From contig BQFW01000001.1 in NCBI GenBank assembly GCA_020891255.1, positions 2,418,001 to 2,482,000 of the forward strand: a DNA stretch of 64,000 nt, given 5' to 3'. Position numbers and translations under genes: made by a program. Origin of the DNA: Entomortierella parvispora E1425. Its lineage: Eukaryota; Fungi; Mortierellomycota. The stretch's first letter is position 1. The number at the start of each line of letters is the position of its first letter. The notes beneath the pieces are model-generated. The model had not been told where the DNA came from. It worked only from the letters and a program-made list of their open reading frames with translations, and ran no database searches. Below, in pieces: positions 25,460-38,559 of this stretch.

Positions 25460-26487
25460 TTCGTTGTCTTTGAAAAGAATAGTCGGGAAAAAGGCGAGAT
25501 GTAAAAAAGGGAAGGACGCTGACGCGTGTTGCTCCTCTTGCGCCGGCCTACAAGTGCAATGGTACAGCCTCGGAGTCTCGGAGTCTCGGAGTGTGATAAG
25601 CGGATGGATATCGATTGAAGCAAGGTACTGACTGACTGGAAAACAGGGATGTGGAAAGAGATGAGCGAACAAAAAGTGAAGGGTGGTGCCTTGAGTCAAA
25701 TAGATGGATGGGGTTTTTTTCGATCGGTGAATTCTTGTCCTTCCCATGCCATGATTTCCTGAAAGAGGAGGAATGATGGTCGAACGGTGATGTGGATTGT
25801 CGAACGAGTTCGATTGGCATTGGGCCCTGATATGCGCGTGGTCGGTGCGCGTGTGTGCGTGTTTGCGTTTCGCGCGCCTTTTTTTTTTTTTTTTTTTTTT
25901 GAGGCCAAAGGTCTAGAGTACCCCAAGAAGTTTAGTCCAGTCCCAGTCGATCATCTATTGTGCCCATTGCCACTGATAACCACAGAAATATGAGAGTCAT
26001 GAATCCGTCATGAGGGGGGCAATACAAGAGTGAAGCGAAGGAGGGGGAAGCGACCCAAGAGTATGCAAAAGATCCAGGGATAGAAATAGCTCGATGTAAC
26101 AAAAAAAAAGTTCACGGAGGTGTTCTGCCGTCACGACTGGACATGATATCCCCCCTTCCTCACATGCCTCCTTTGCGGCTGCTAGTTAAAAGCAAGCATC
26201 CACTCTATATTCATTTCCCCAAAGTTGTGTTAGCCTTCGACCAAACAACCGTATTAATGGCTCTCCTTGGGACGCCTCCATCCAAAACCAGGAAAGGTTT
26301 GGCAACCGTTAGTATGAATTTTTTCCCCTCGCCATCGAGCTCTATTTCGTCGGTACTCATCTCATTGGTCTCATCCCTTTCTTTCTCAACAAAAAAAAGT
26401 CTGCTCTTGACCAGCCCAGCATCCTTTCTTTCCTCCACTTGATCTTTCCCCACCACACACTTTGACCTCTTGCACAAAAAACGAACA

Positions 26488-26817
26488 ATGTCCTCTCACC
26501 CTCGGACCATCACTCTTTGGACAATCACGACTATGGCAGTGCTTCTATTGCTATCTCTCGCTCATGAGGGCACAATCACAGTCTCTGCAGCTCCAGCTGT
26601 GAACCATCCCGTTGTCCCAATGGCCAAGATGACCACAAACTCCCCTTCGCCTTCTGTCATGGGGCCAGCACTGATCAAAAAGCGCTCCGCCCCTGTCACC
26701 AGCTCGCCACCTCTCGCCATCGTCTACCACAGAAGGAAGAGGAGCACCGTTGGCAATGCGCCCAGAGGCAATGGCATCGCAAACCTGGGTCGAACGGATG
26801 GACCGCTCGGTCGTTAG
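26488..26817 (+). CDS. Small secreted preproprotein (109 aa) with Kex2-type KKR and RRKR sites
   Basis: ATG in a good context, hydrophobic signal-like segment, two dibasic sites and a Gly-rich C-terminal 24-mer. No family recognised. Confidence 0.55.
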   Translation: MSSHPRTITLWTITTMAVLLLLSLAHEGTITVSAAPAVNHPVVPMAKMTTNSPSPSVMGPALIKKRSAPVTSSPPLAIVYHRRKRSTVGNAPRGNGIANLGRTDGPLGR

Positions 26818-27049
26818 GGTTCCTTTTGTGCACCCTAAGTCGTTTCAAGGCGATGGTCTGTTCCTTAGGAAAAGACACGCTCTAGTTGCATTTATTTTGA
26901 CTGCATAGCTCACACATCCTCCTTTTCCTCCTCCTCCTTTCTTCCCTTTCCTCCCTTTCTTCTTTCCTCTCAAGAGTCACACAACGATAATAAAAGAGCA
27001 TAGCAGTCTTCATGGTATTAGTTTATTACAGCTGTAGTCTTTTTCAACT

Positions 27050-27745
27050 CTATTCTCTGGCGGTTTGGAAGAGGACTCTATCCATCATCTGAACAAAAGG
27101 GCCCCTGAGTGTGTCGACCACTGGAACCTTAGGCACCTTGACTCCCTCTTCACCTTCCTCAAACGCGTCTCGAGTGACATCATCATCCCAGTTGATCATT
27201 TCGAGTTCATCCACATCCTCCTGATGCATGCCCATGCCTCTAAGTTCTTTGGCAACCCGTTCTCGCTCCTCGAGGGAACTGGTGGCAGAGACGCCCGCGG
27301 CTGCATTCTGACTAGCGCGGTCCAATCCTGCCATCTGTCGGACCTCTTCTCGTTTCCGATCCTTGACCTCTGAAAAGTACACTCGCAGGGCTTCGGCTTC
27401 CTTTTGCAATTCCTCCCATTGAGTTGGGTCCACGTTTTCTTTGACGAACGCGTCCAGATCCACGGTGACTCGAAGTTCCTCTTCAGTCTTGTAATTGATT
27501 CGAGGACGACCAAAGCCAGTCCGCATGAAGGTGATGATACTTTCGATCCACTCCAAAAGGTCATGGAAGATGCCGTCATCCTGTTTGTGGACAGAGTGAA
27601 CAAACTTGTAGAAGCTAGGCAGATGTTTCTTAACCAAGTTCGAGTACAGGGTTGCAGTAGTCGGTCTTCCATCGCGATGGGTTTCTAAAATGGAGATAAA
27701 ATGAAATGGTAACTTGTTAAACCCCATTGCGATAATCCAAACACC

Positions 27746-27776
<31 letters not shown>

Positions 27777-30621
27777 TAGGAACACCCTCCTTACCATCGT
27801 TCTTATCGGCCTGCTCCACAATCGTAATGAGCTCATCCGCAAAGTACTTGACGTCCATCAAACTATCAGCCACATTGGCCGACTTGTACACCTTGACCAA
27901 GGGCTGGTAAAAGATGGCAATGACCTCCTTAAAGATCTCGCCCGTCACGCCCTGGAAGACCAAGCCCATCAAGCGTTCCTTTTCTCGGATTCGAAGATGC
28001 GCCACCAAAAGTTGCTGCAGTTGGCGGATCAAATTGGATTCGCTGGATTCGTTGGGTTGAGAATGCCCGTTAACAGCAGGATGAGCCCCAAATGGACGCT
28101 GCTCATCTCCTTGGACTGGTTGAGGTCCCTTGCTTCTGCTCTCTTCAGAACTGCTCCTGGAGGAGGTATCACTTTCACTGTAGTCGTCGCTTCTGTCACT
28201 AAGGTCGCCGCCTTCAGCTCCGTTTTGCTGGCGAAGCTTTCTTACTTGCTCTTGTTCCAATCGATCCTGTTCCAACTTTTGCTGAGCATCCCAGACACGT
28301 TTGATCTGATGTGGTTGCAAGACAGGGAGGATCTGGTCGGATCGAAGGACGTCCATGACGAGACTCAACTCTGTGATATCGTAGGGTTCTAATGAGCAAG
28401 CAAACACAATTAGTTATGAGTAATAAACCTTGAGAAGAAAAAAAGGCGCCTTCGACATCAGCAACGCTGGCCCTACCATCTTCGGGAAAGATCTGGCTGA
28501 TAACAGATCTGGGGGCATACACGTAGTTGCGGATCTTTTCACAAAGACCAGGGTCGCCAACTTCAGCCTCTGTCTCCAAGATATCCTTCTTGTACTCGCT
28601 CACTTCCTCCTGCATGTTGCCCGAGATGATACGCTGCATCAAACTCCGACTTCCAAAAGGCTGGGCCAAGAAAAGATCCATGATCCCTTTCATCATCGCC
28701 ATTGGATTTGATACCTTAAGGATACCCCACATGGTTCGGTATGGCAATAACATGTGCGTTCGCTTCAACTGCGTAAAGTTGAGTGTCGCATCGTCCGAGG
28801 AGGTAAAGACGTGGTAGAGAGTTGAGGCAAAGTTCATGCAGCCCCATTCGAAGACAGTCTGATACAACGGTGGTAGGTTGTAGACGTTATCGATGTGTTT
28901 GAATGCCGCAAAGAGCCGTGATACACCGCCGGGCTGAAGCAAATCCAATTTAACCTCCTTAAGTTGGGAATCCAGTTCGTCCACCTTCTTAGCCACCTCC
29001 AGATCAAATCGAGCCTGCTGAGCCATCCTATGTTCGTCCAGAGCGACCCTAGTCTGTACATCCTTGGCCTCTTCGGGCGTGAGATCGATCGCATCCATGG
29101 TGAGAAACGCCAAGAAAGTGGCTGAATCGACCACCTCCTGACTGACCTTGGCAATATTGTGGAGATATCCGCGGAGACTGATCCTGTCCTTTTCACGTGC
29201 AGTCTTTGTGGCAGAGGATCCAGAGCGCGCCACAAATTTCGAAGGCGGAACAGGAAGTTCAGCTTGAGGGAAATCTTGTCTCAACTACAAGAGTGGCGGA
29301 CATCAGTCATTTTGCTCACATACATTTCGCAATTGATCCAAGAAAGAGGCGAGGGCGAGGGAAACACACTTACAGCATGGTATAGTCTCCTGAACCGGCC
29401 GTGGCGTCTTGCGACCACATACTCCTGTCCGTTTGCAAATGTGCTTGAGACAATAAATTCCTATTTGGGGCATGGTTCTGTTAGATTAAAGATTTGCATA
29501 ACAGCGCCACAAACGGCGCCACAACTTGAGAGGCACAACAGCCCATTGTGGCGTGCCAAGAACCGCCGCAAGGAAAGGATCATGCAATGAGGGCAAAGCA
29601 GAGTGCTTTCGTTTTCATGCTCACTGCAGGTCCAATGCAGGTCCAGTGGCGAAACAAATTTTTGAGCACTGGCATCCCGCCAAAAAAAACCACATTGGGA
29701 GGTTTCCGAAAAAGAGCTCTGTGCACCCAGGCCATTTCTCGTTTTTTGAATTCAGTCCAACAACCAGAGGTAAAATTGACATATGCTTACGGCATGTTCA
29801 TGTTCTCGGACATGGCGCTTTTCTTTGACGATCCGCACACCCACAACGTTGATACGCACTCCATGGATTGAGGTCGAGGCTGCAGAGGGCGAGACGGACC
29901 GTGATCGAATGGGCGAAGGCTGTAATTGATCTGGCTGGACACGCAGGTGCTGATTGTCCCGTTCATCGCTCTCGACATTGAGCTTCCTCAAGCGGTCCAG
30001 ATCAAGCTCGTTGCGATTGTTGGAATCGACTGGGTGAGCGTGGCTGTAGGCGATGATGTTGAGTCTGGCAGCCAAGTCCTTCTTTTCCTGGGCTCGTTGC
30101 TCCACAGTCTTGATCGCCATACTGTACATGAGCACAAGCGTCCGTTCTCCCTTGTTCTTTAGACGCTTTCGACGAATCATCTCTTCGCGCTCCACGCCGT
30201 TACCGGCCTCGATCTTAGCCCATTCGTCCATGAAGGACTGGAGTTTGGACCACAGAGCTCCCCGACTGCTGGTCAAAAACGGGAACGGGACGACGATGGA
30301 CTCAAAAAGATAACGGAGAAAAGGTGTGGTCGAGTTTGCATGCTCATCTTTGAGGTCAAAGGGTCCTCCCAAGTTGGGCAGAGTTTCATAAGGATTCTTT
30401 TGTAGTCGGTCCAGCTCGTTATTGATCAGAACGCCGAGAAGATACTTTTTGAGATAGTGCTCTTGACTGGTGGTCAGGAGAGACAAAGTTGTTGAGGCGT
30501 CTAAGGCATAGGAAGCATAACAGTCAGATCATCTTTCATCCTTTTGCGCCGTTGGGTCTTTTCCAAGCTGCATGATGACAACGCAAAGGGGCTGGGCGAC
30601 GAGTAGGTCTGTACCAGGCAT
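27050..30621 (-). CDS. PX-domain protein with PX-associated N-terminus and DUF3818 (yeast YPR097W/Lec1-like), multi-exon
   Basis: QEHYLKKYLL...PFLRYLF...PFPFL N-terminal block. PX segment with REKDRISLRGYL. Further motifs LPYRTMWGILKVSNPMAMMKGIMDLFLAQPFGSRSLMQR and FYKFVHSVHKQDDGIF. Start assignment tentative. Confidence 0.85.
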
Positions 30622-31437
30622 TGTCTGTGCACGAAGGGGAAAGACAAGTAAAAAACAATTTTTTTTTGTCAGAGACGGGGGAGATGAGGAGAAGGCAAAA
30701 AGAATGAGGGAGGGGCAGAGAAGGGAGCGAATGAGAAAGTGACAGTGAAGAGGAGGAAGAGGAGAGAGGGATGCGAGGATGAGATGGAGTGAATGAAAGA
30801 GATGAAAAAGAGAATGTGAGCGAGAAAGAGAGTGAGATGCAGAAGGAGGAAAAAAAAATAGAGGGGAAAAAAAAGGAAAAAAAACGCGCGCACTCCGCGT
30901 TTTGCCTTTATTTCAATTTGGCAGACATGACCTCATTGTTGTGCCGCCTGGTAACCGGCCACTGGTGCGAGTCCAGGGATGTGGATGTGCTTTTGTTTGG
31001 GTGGGTGCCACAAATTACCAAAAATAAAAAATCATAACATGACATGACACCACTCCTCACTGCCCGGCTTGGCACAGCAAACAACACTCTCTGCAGACCT
31101 GCTACTCCAATCGAGGGGACGTGCTCCCTTGGGCCCTGCCTGCTGCAGCCCCTAATTGTGAGTTTGACTGAAGGGCTGGTGTGCTCACCCTGGAATGGAA
31201 AGTCCCAGAGTCTCGACCCTTAAACTCCCCTTGTCTCTGGGGACAGAGCCTGGGGATGAGGGTCGGTGGTGTGAAGAGGTACTCGCGTCCTTCTATCAAT
31301 TATAACGGATAGAGGCGTGATTCAATGCTCGCTGGGAGTACGAGTAACATCGCGTCCCTTCATGTCTCTCCCCACTTTTTTTTTGGTGGGGACTAATTAA
31401 TTTGCTGATGTGCTTTATTGCGGCAGTGCGGAGTCAC

Positions 31438-33609
31438 TCAACTTCTGTGATGCCTTGGGGAATGAATGATGGTGTCTCTGAACGTTTTCTGTTGCACAAA
31501 CGCCGCAGGCTTCCTGTGTTCGATCTGGAGCTCAAACCGTTCTTCATTTGCCAGAACCGATGCAGTCTCTTTGATGTCCAAGGCATTGGATCCGAGGACC
31601 TCCAGGTAATCCTATACACCAAAAGCCAGTGTTACCAAAATGTTGTTCACAGACGAGAGTTTTGTTGTAGGAGTGAGAGGTATGCACCTACCACAAAGTT
31701 CATAAGGACAGCAACAGCAGTACCATCCAGGAACCTTGACAACATTTTCCTGGAGGTAGGCAACGAGACAATGGTGTCGGTGACCTTGCCTGCCACATAA
31801 ATGTCCTCAAAGGTCCTGATCTTTGTGAAGCTTCCCATGAACCCTACGGGAAACGTGAAATGTCAGACCTATGCACGTCAAAGGAATCAATCTTCCTCCC
31901 TGAAGATGTTCATGTACCAGAAATGTCACCACAAATAACATGTCCATCTTCAACCCCCAACGCCGCGAGGCTTTGGTGGATATTCTTCCCCAAGCGTATC
32001 GACTTGCGAAACTGCTTCGCAACCATCCCTCTGGGCTGAGATGCACTCTTGAACTCGACCACGGCAACCTCAATCCCAGAGTATAGGAACTTGAGATCGA
32101 CCTTGCGGCCATTCATGTCTTCCTCTTCTTTGTCGTCTGGCCTGGTGCAAGTCAGCATACTTTCTCCGCTACAAAAGGATAGTGTGATCAGGCATGTATT
32201 CAAAAATGATAAAGCAGGAAACCAGGCATCATCTTACGTCTTCATTGTTAGACCTGTCCCGACCGGAAGGAGCTTTTCAAAGATCTTCAGCCACAAGTGC
32301 AACGTGTCGGCCTCTCCATGAGGTTCTTCAAACAGCTTTTCCGAAACAAGGTCGCATCTATGGTGAATGTTAAGATAAGTCAGCACTATGCCTTTATCAA
32401 GTTCCCCTCTTCTAAATTCTGCCCGATAATACTTACGCGATCGTGATGATATCCATGAGTTTTTCTTCCTGAGACCGTGTGCCAGTATGAAGGCCTTGGC
32501 GCTCCTTCATATATATAATTTTTTTCTCCTCCACTGCATCCCTCAGACCCAGGACCCCTTTCTCATTCAAGATTTCGACAAGTCCATCGAAACATGTTTC
32601 AACAAGTTCGTGGCGGTGGAAGCTTATCTCATAACATTGGTCCGTTGCACTCGCGACGAAGGCAGGCGGAAACACGTCAGATCTGGCGCTACGGAGGTTC
32701 AAGATACAGCTCATTGCGACCCTACCACAACGATGATACCAGGTTTAGTATAGACATCTCACCTGATTTCGTCAAGTAGCGCTGATACGATACAAATCAC
32801 TTACAGCGCGTCTTTTATATTGATGGCATCCCTGTCTGTTTTCAGAGGTCCGTTCGCGTCGTTAAGGCAGCGATGCGCAATGTTATAAAGCCTGCGGTGG
32901 TTGTCGGAGAGGTTTCCAGGCATCATAGGTATGCGTATTCCGCGTTGGCCACTTTGCTGTGCGCCGGTCAGATACAGTATGAAAAACCATCAAAAGGTCA
33001 GAATACTGAAATACAAAAAGTATGGATTAATTGGGTAACAAGAATGTCTAGTCAATCCAATGATTACCAGTTGGCGGGCGGCCTGTTGAAGGCCCAGCCA
33101 CGGGTCAACTGCTGGAGAAGACTCCTGTCTGTTCTTCTTGGGCGAAGCCGAGGACGGCTGTTGAAAGTCATCGTCGCTGTTCGGATCTGACTCGTGGCTT
33201 GCACCTGTGGGACGCTTCAATGAACCTAGGTTTGTTCAGCGGTGTTTGATTAGCTTTATGTCCATTTTTTTCTCGTTTCTGAATATTGCACGTTCACGTG
33301 GAGCTTACGAAGATGGGATTCAGCGATGGCCTTAACACTGCCGCTAACCATTGCCCCTGCGGCTTTGGTTGCATCAGCAGACGCAGATATCGCTGTCCTC
33401 TCCTCCAGTTCCCGCCTGTCTGCATCAATTAATTCAGCTCGCACACGCTCATATACAGGCAACAATGTGAGCATGGACAAATGAGGAGCGCGTTCTTTTC
33501 TCTCTCGGCTTTTGGTGCCAACGTAGTCCGCATATAAGCGATAGCAGCCAAAGAAGGCGCATTTTCTTGGGTCCTTTGACTGCCGAAGGAAATCCTCGAA
33601 GGACAGCAT
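31438..33609 (-). CDS. Intact 8-exon gene (530 aa) with a C-terminal PD-(D/E)xK restriction-endonuclease-like domain
   Basis: Exons 33309-33609, 33068-33225, 32805-32956, 32437-32721, 32238-32357, 31918-32168, 31692-31843 and 31438-31611. All have GT-AG boundaries and compatible phases, totalling 1593 nt. Motif GRKVDL...VVEFK...KQFRKSIRL. Confidence 0.8.
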
Positions 33610-33908
33610 GGTATGGTCATGAAGTGCAAATGGGCGAATTTAATGACACCATGGAGACTTTTTTTTTTCTTTTTTTCTGTGGTGTACATGCACATGTATA
33701 TGTACGTGAATTTTTTCGTGCCCCCGAAGCGCACATACGCAGCGCAATCAATCAATCAATCACCAACAATGCGCTCCTCTCTTCCGCCTCATCCAACAGT
33801 TCTTCGCTTCCATTGGCAACTCCAACCCCATTCGAATTTTTCTCCCAGAGGTAAGTGTGTTGAGCCGCCCTCATCTTCTCTGAACTTCAAAACCTCTCTT
33901 CATTCGTA

Positions 33909-34753
33909 CAAACTGGCTGCACTGTGAGATGAAGGTATGGTCACGTAGACCGTGTCCTTCTAAGAGTTGGGTGACCATTGCAGTATCTGTGTCGAGGAAG
34001 TCTACCGGCCGGATCAATGTTCGCTTTTTACTTTACGTCTCCTTTGTAGAAGTAGACTGCCATTATCCCTCTTTTCTATTTCAAACTGGCTGCACTGTGA
34101 GATGAATATATGGTCATGTAGACCGTGTCCTTCTAAGAGTTGGGTGACCATTGCAGTATCTGTGTCGAGGAAGTCTACCGGCCGGATCAATGCTCGCTTT
34201 TTACTTTACGTCTCCTTTGTAGAAGTAGACTGCCATTATCCCTCTTTTCTATTTCAAACTGGCTGCACTGTGAGATGAAGGTATGGTCATGTAGACCGTG
34301 TCCTTCTAAGAGTTGGGTGACCATTGCAGTATCTGTGTCGAGGAAGTCTACCGGCCGGATCAATGCTCGCTTTTTACTTTACGTCTCCTTTGTAGAAGTA
34401 GACTGCCATTATCCCTCTTTTCTATTTCAAACTGGCTGCACTGTGAGATGAAGGTATGGTCATGTAGACCGTGTCCTTCTAAGAGTTGGGTGACCATTGC
34501 AGTATCTGTGTCGAGGAAGTCTACCGGCCGGATCAATGTTCGCTTTTTACTTTACGTCTCCTTTGTAGAAGTAGACTGCCATTATCCCTCTTTTCTATTT
34601 CAAACTGGCTGCACTGTGAGATGAAGGTATGGTCATGTAGACCGTGTCCTTCTAAGAGTTGGGTGACCATTGCAGTATCTGTGTCGAGGAAGTCTACCGG
34701 CCGGATCAATGTTCGCTTTTTACTTTACGTCTCCTTTGTAGAAGTAGACTGCC
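33909..34753. repeat. Tandem array of a 173-bp unit, about 4.9 near-identical copies
   Basis: Units start at 33909, 34082, 34255, 34428 and 34601. They differ at only a few positions (cacgt/catgt, gaagg/gaata, atgtt/atgct). Confidence 0.97.
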
Positions 34754-34759
34754 TTTATC

Positions 34760-35620
34760 ATTCAATACTGCGAAAACACTTGTGCAGATCTTAAACCCAT
34801 TAACAAGATTTTCCGTCTTTTCTTCGACGGATTCCTGCTCTGCTTGATAAATGAGGCTCAACGCTTCTAGCAGGCTTTATTGATACTTTGATGGCGAGTT
34901 AGGGAACACGATTCAGATCCTTGAAAGGTAAGGACAACTTTTGCTTCTCCGTGTGTACATTCTTTCGTTTGTCATTCCACCTTTTATTCTACTGCCAGCT
35001 CAATTCAACAGTCAGAAACTTCGTCATCTACCACACACAAGTTTTGGCGGAAGACACATGTTGTTGCTCATTAGGCATTGCTGCATCATATCCTGACACA
35101 CTGAGGGACGGCAGGTTCGTTTCGCAGATCCAAAGGGTCTAACTGGCTCTGCGATCCCTCTCGGATATAGGGCTAACCAGACAATGAGAGAGGAAAGGGG
35201 ACGGTTGTGCATGAAAGCTCCCTTTAGTTCCTGTGAAGGTAGGTCTCCAAGATAACTGAAAAGCAGCCAGGCGTACTGTTGAATTGGGGATGAGCAGATC
35301 TATCTATCGCTGCAACCCTGATAATGAATGAGTTGGCTGTGAAGCAGAAGGGCGATTCATGGAGAATGTCCGCAGCAAGACAAACCTTGCAGAGATACCG
35401 GCATTGCTTCGCAATATTTTCACCCGGAGGCTGTGAGCCGAGGGTGCCGCGCTTGCCACACGTCTGCTGCGCAGCTTTGTTCCGGTTCTTGCTATCTTGT
35501 AAAGATGAAGAATCTCTTCAAGGTGCGGAAAGTTGATTGACTGCCCTCCGGCTTTGTGTAACTTGCTTTCTAAGAGATCAAAAAGAAGAGGGTAAACTGG
35601 ATCCACTTCGGACTGTGCAT
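34760..35620 (-). pseudogene. Possible decayed coding sequence (LRR-like fragments)
   Basis: Protein-like fragments in shifting frames (NFPHLEEILHL; ENIAKQCRYLCKVCL). No start codon or continuous frame. Confidence 0.25.
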
Positions 35621-35746
35621 GAAATCGACACAGGTCTTGTGTCTGGTATAAAAAGGTGCACGGTTTCTCCTTTTTTTATTTTCTTTCAGTATCTCTCATC
35701 GTCTCCTTTTCCCACACTCAGTCGTTTTCCCACACTCCTGCCCTTC

Positions 35747-37436
<1,690 letters not shown>

Positions 37437-38559
37437 ACGGAGACTGTGCTTTGGACGGCTAGCTCAATTGAACCAAGCAGAATAAAAACTCTTCGACCTC
37501 AACCGTCCTCTTCATCCTCACGTTTTGATCGACCAGGCAGAGGCTTTCTTTTCTTTCTGTCTGGACTTTCTCTACACAGTCTCATCAGTAGCGCTCTGTC
37601 TGTCTACCCGCCTGTCTACCCTCTAGCACGACCATGTATTTACCATTACCTCTGTCCTGTCTTGATCACAAAGAGAAACGATAAGGAGAGGAAGGTTGCG
37701 TCGAAAACGTGGGCGAAGTTGGAACCATTTCCTGTACATTTTCATAAGCAGAGCAACATTTGACAGTGTCATAAAGTCAATGACATGTCAACCTCATGCA
37801 TGCCATGCATTAGGCATAATGTCTTTCCATTCTTTCCTGTTCCCATTGACGCCACCAAACCACACGCCACCAATACACACTCTTCAATGCCTGCACTCCA
37901 CATTGATCCTAGTGGAGGATTCTGTTCCTTGGGACAATGGTTGGGCCGAGAAACAGAAATGACGGTGCTTTTGTTCTTGACATCCGGTAGCACAAAAGGG
38001 GCAATCGCAATATGGCCACCCGAAGGAGCATTTGTGAGCAAGGTGCGACACAGGGCCACCGCGACAACCTTAAACCACACAAGCATCGATAACATGGCGC
38101 AAGGGGGTGAGGGTGGAGAGAAAGAATTTGTTCCTGAAAGAAACATCTCGACTGTTTCCCCCGGCATTGTGTTTTCCCGGTAAACTGTTCTTGATATCCC
38201 ACAACCAAGAATCAAGAGACCATCTTCAGAAAAGAAATTCTCCGATAGGGTAGCGCAAAAAGAGGTGGAGACAGAAGAAGGGGACTCGGTTCGCTCTCAC
38301 ACAGGAAAACAGAAAAAAAAAATCAAAGAGCGCGCTTTGCTTCCGACCTTCTTTGAGACAAGACCGACATGCATCCGTTTCGCGGGCGTGAGAGTGGCGT
38401 GGGTGTAACCAAACATTGGTTTTCTTCATAAATACCCCCCTGGTTGTCTTTCTTTTTTGACCTCTTTGCTTCCTTCTCTCCATCGACTCCACCCGTTAGG
38501 CGACATCACCCCACCGTCGATTTCATTTTTCTCCCTATACCCTATCAAGTACTCCATTA

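Noticed and set aside
31197-31400. GGAAAGTCCC resembling RNase P/MRP conserved region I in a GC-rich patch
   Set aside because: No convincing CR-V partner was found. The nearby GGGACT is part of a local CCCCAC/GTGGGG hairpin.
33909-34753. CRISPR-like or guide array next to a nuclease gene
   Set aside because: The whole 173-bp unit is repeated with no variable spacers, so it is a plain tandem amplification in a eukaryote.
37769-38215. Overlapping 100-150-aa ORFs between the AKR and MFS genes
   Set aside because: No recognisable motifs, non-ATG or weak starts, and ORFs on both strands without a coding-like pattern.
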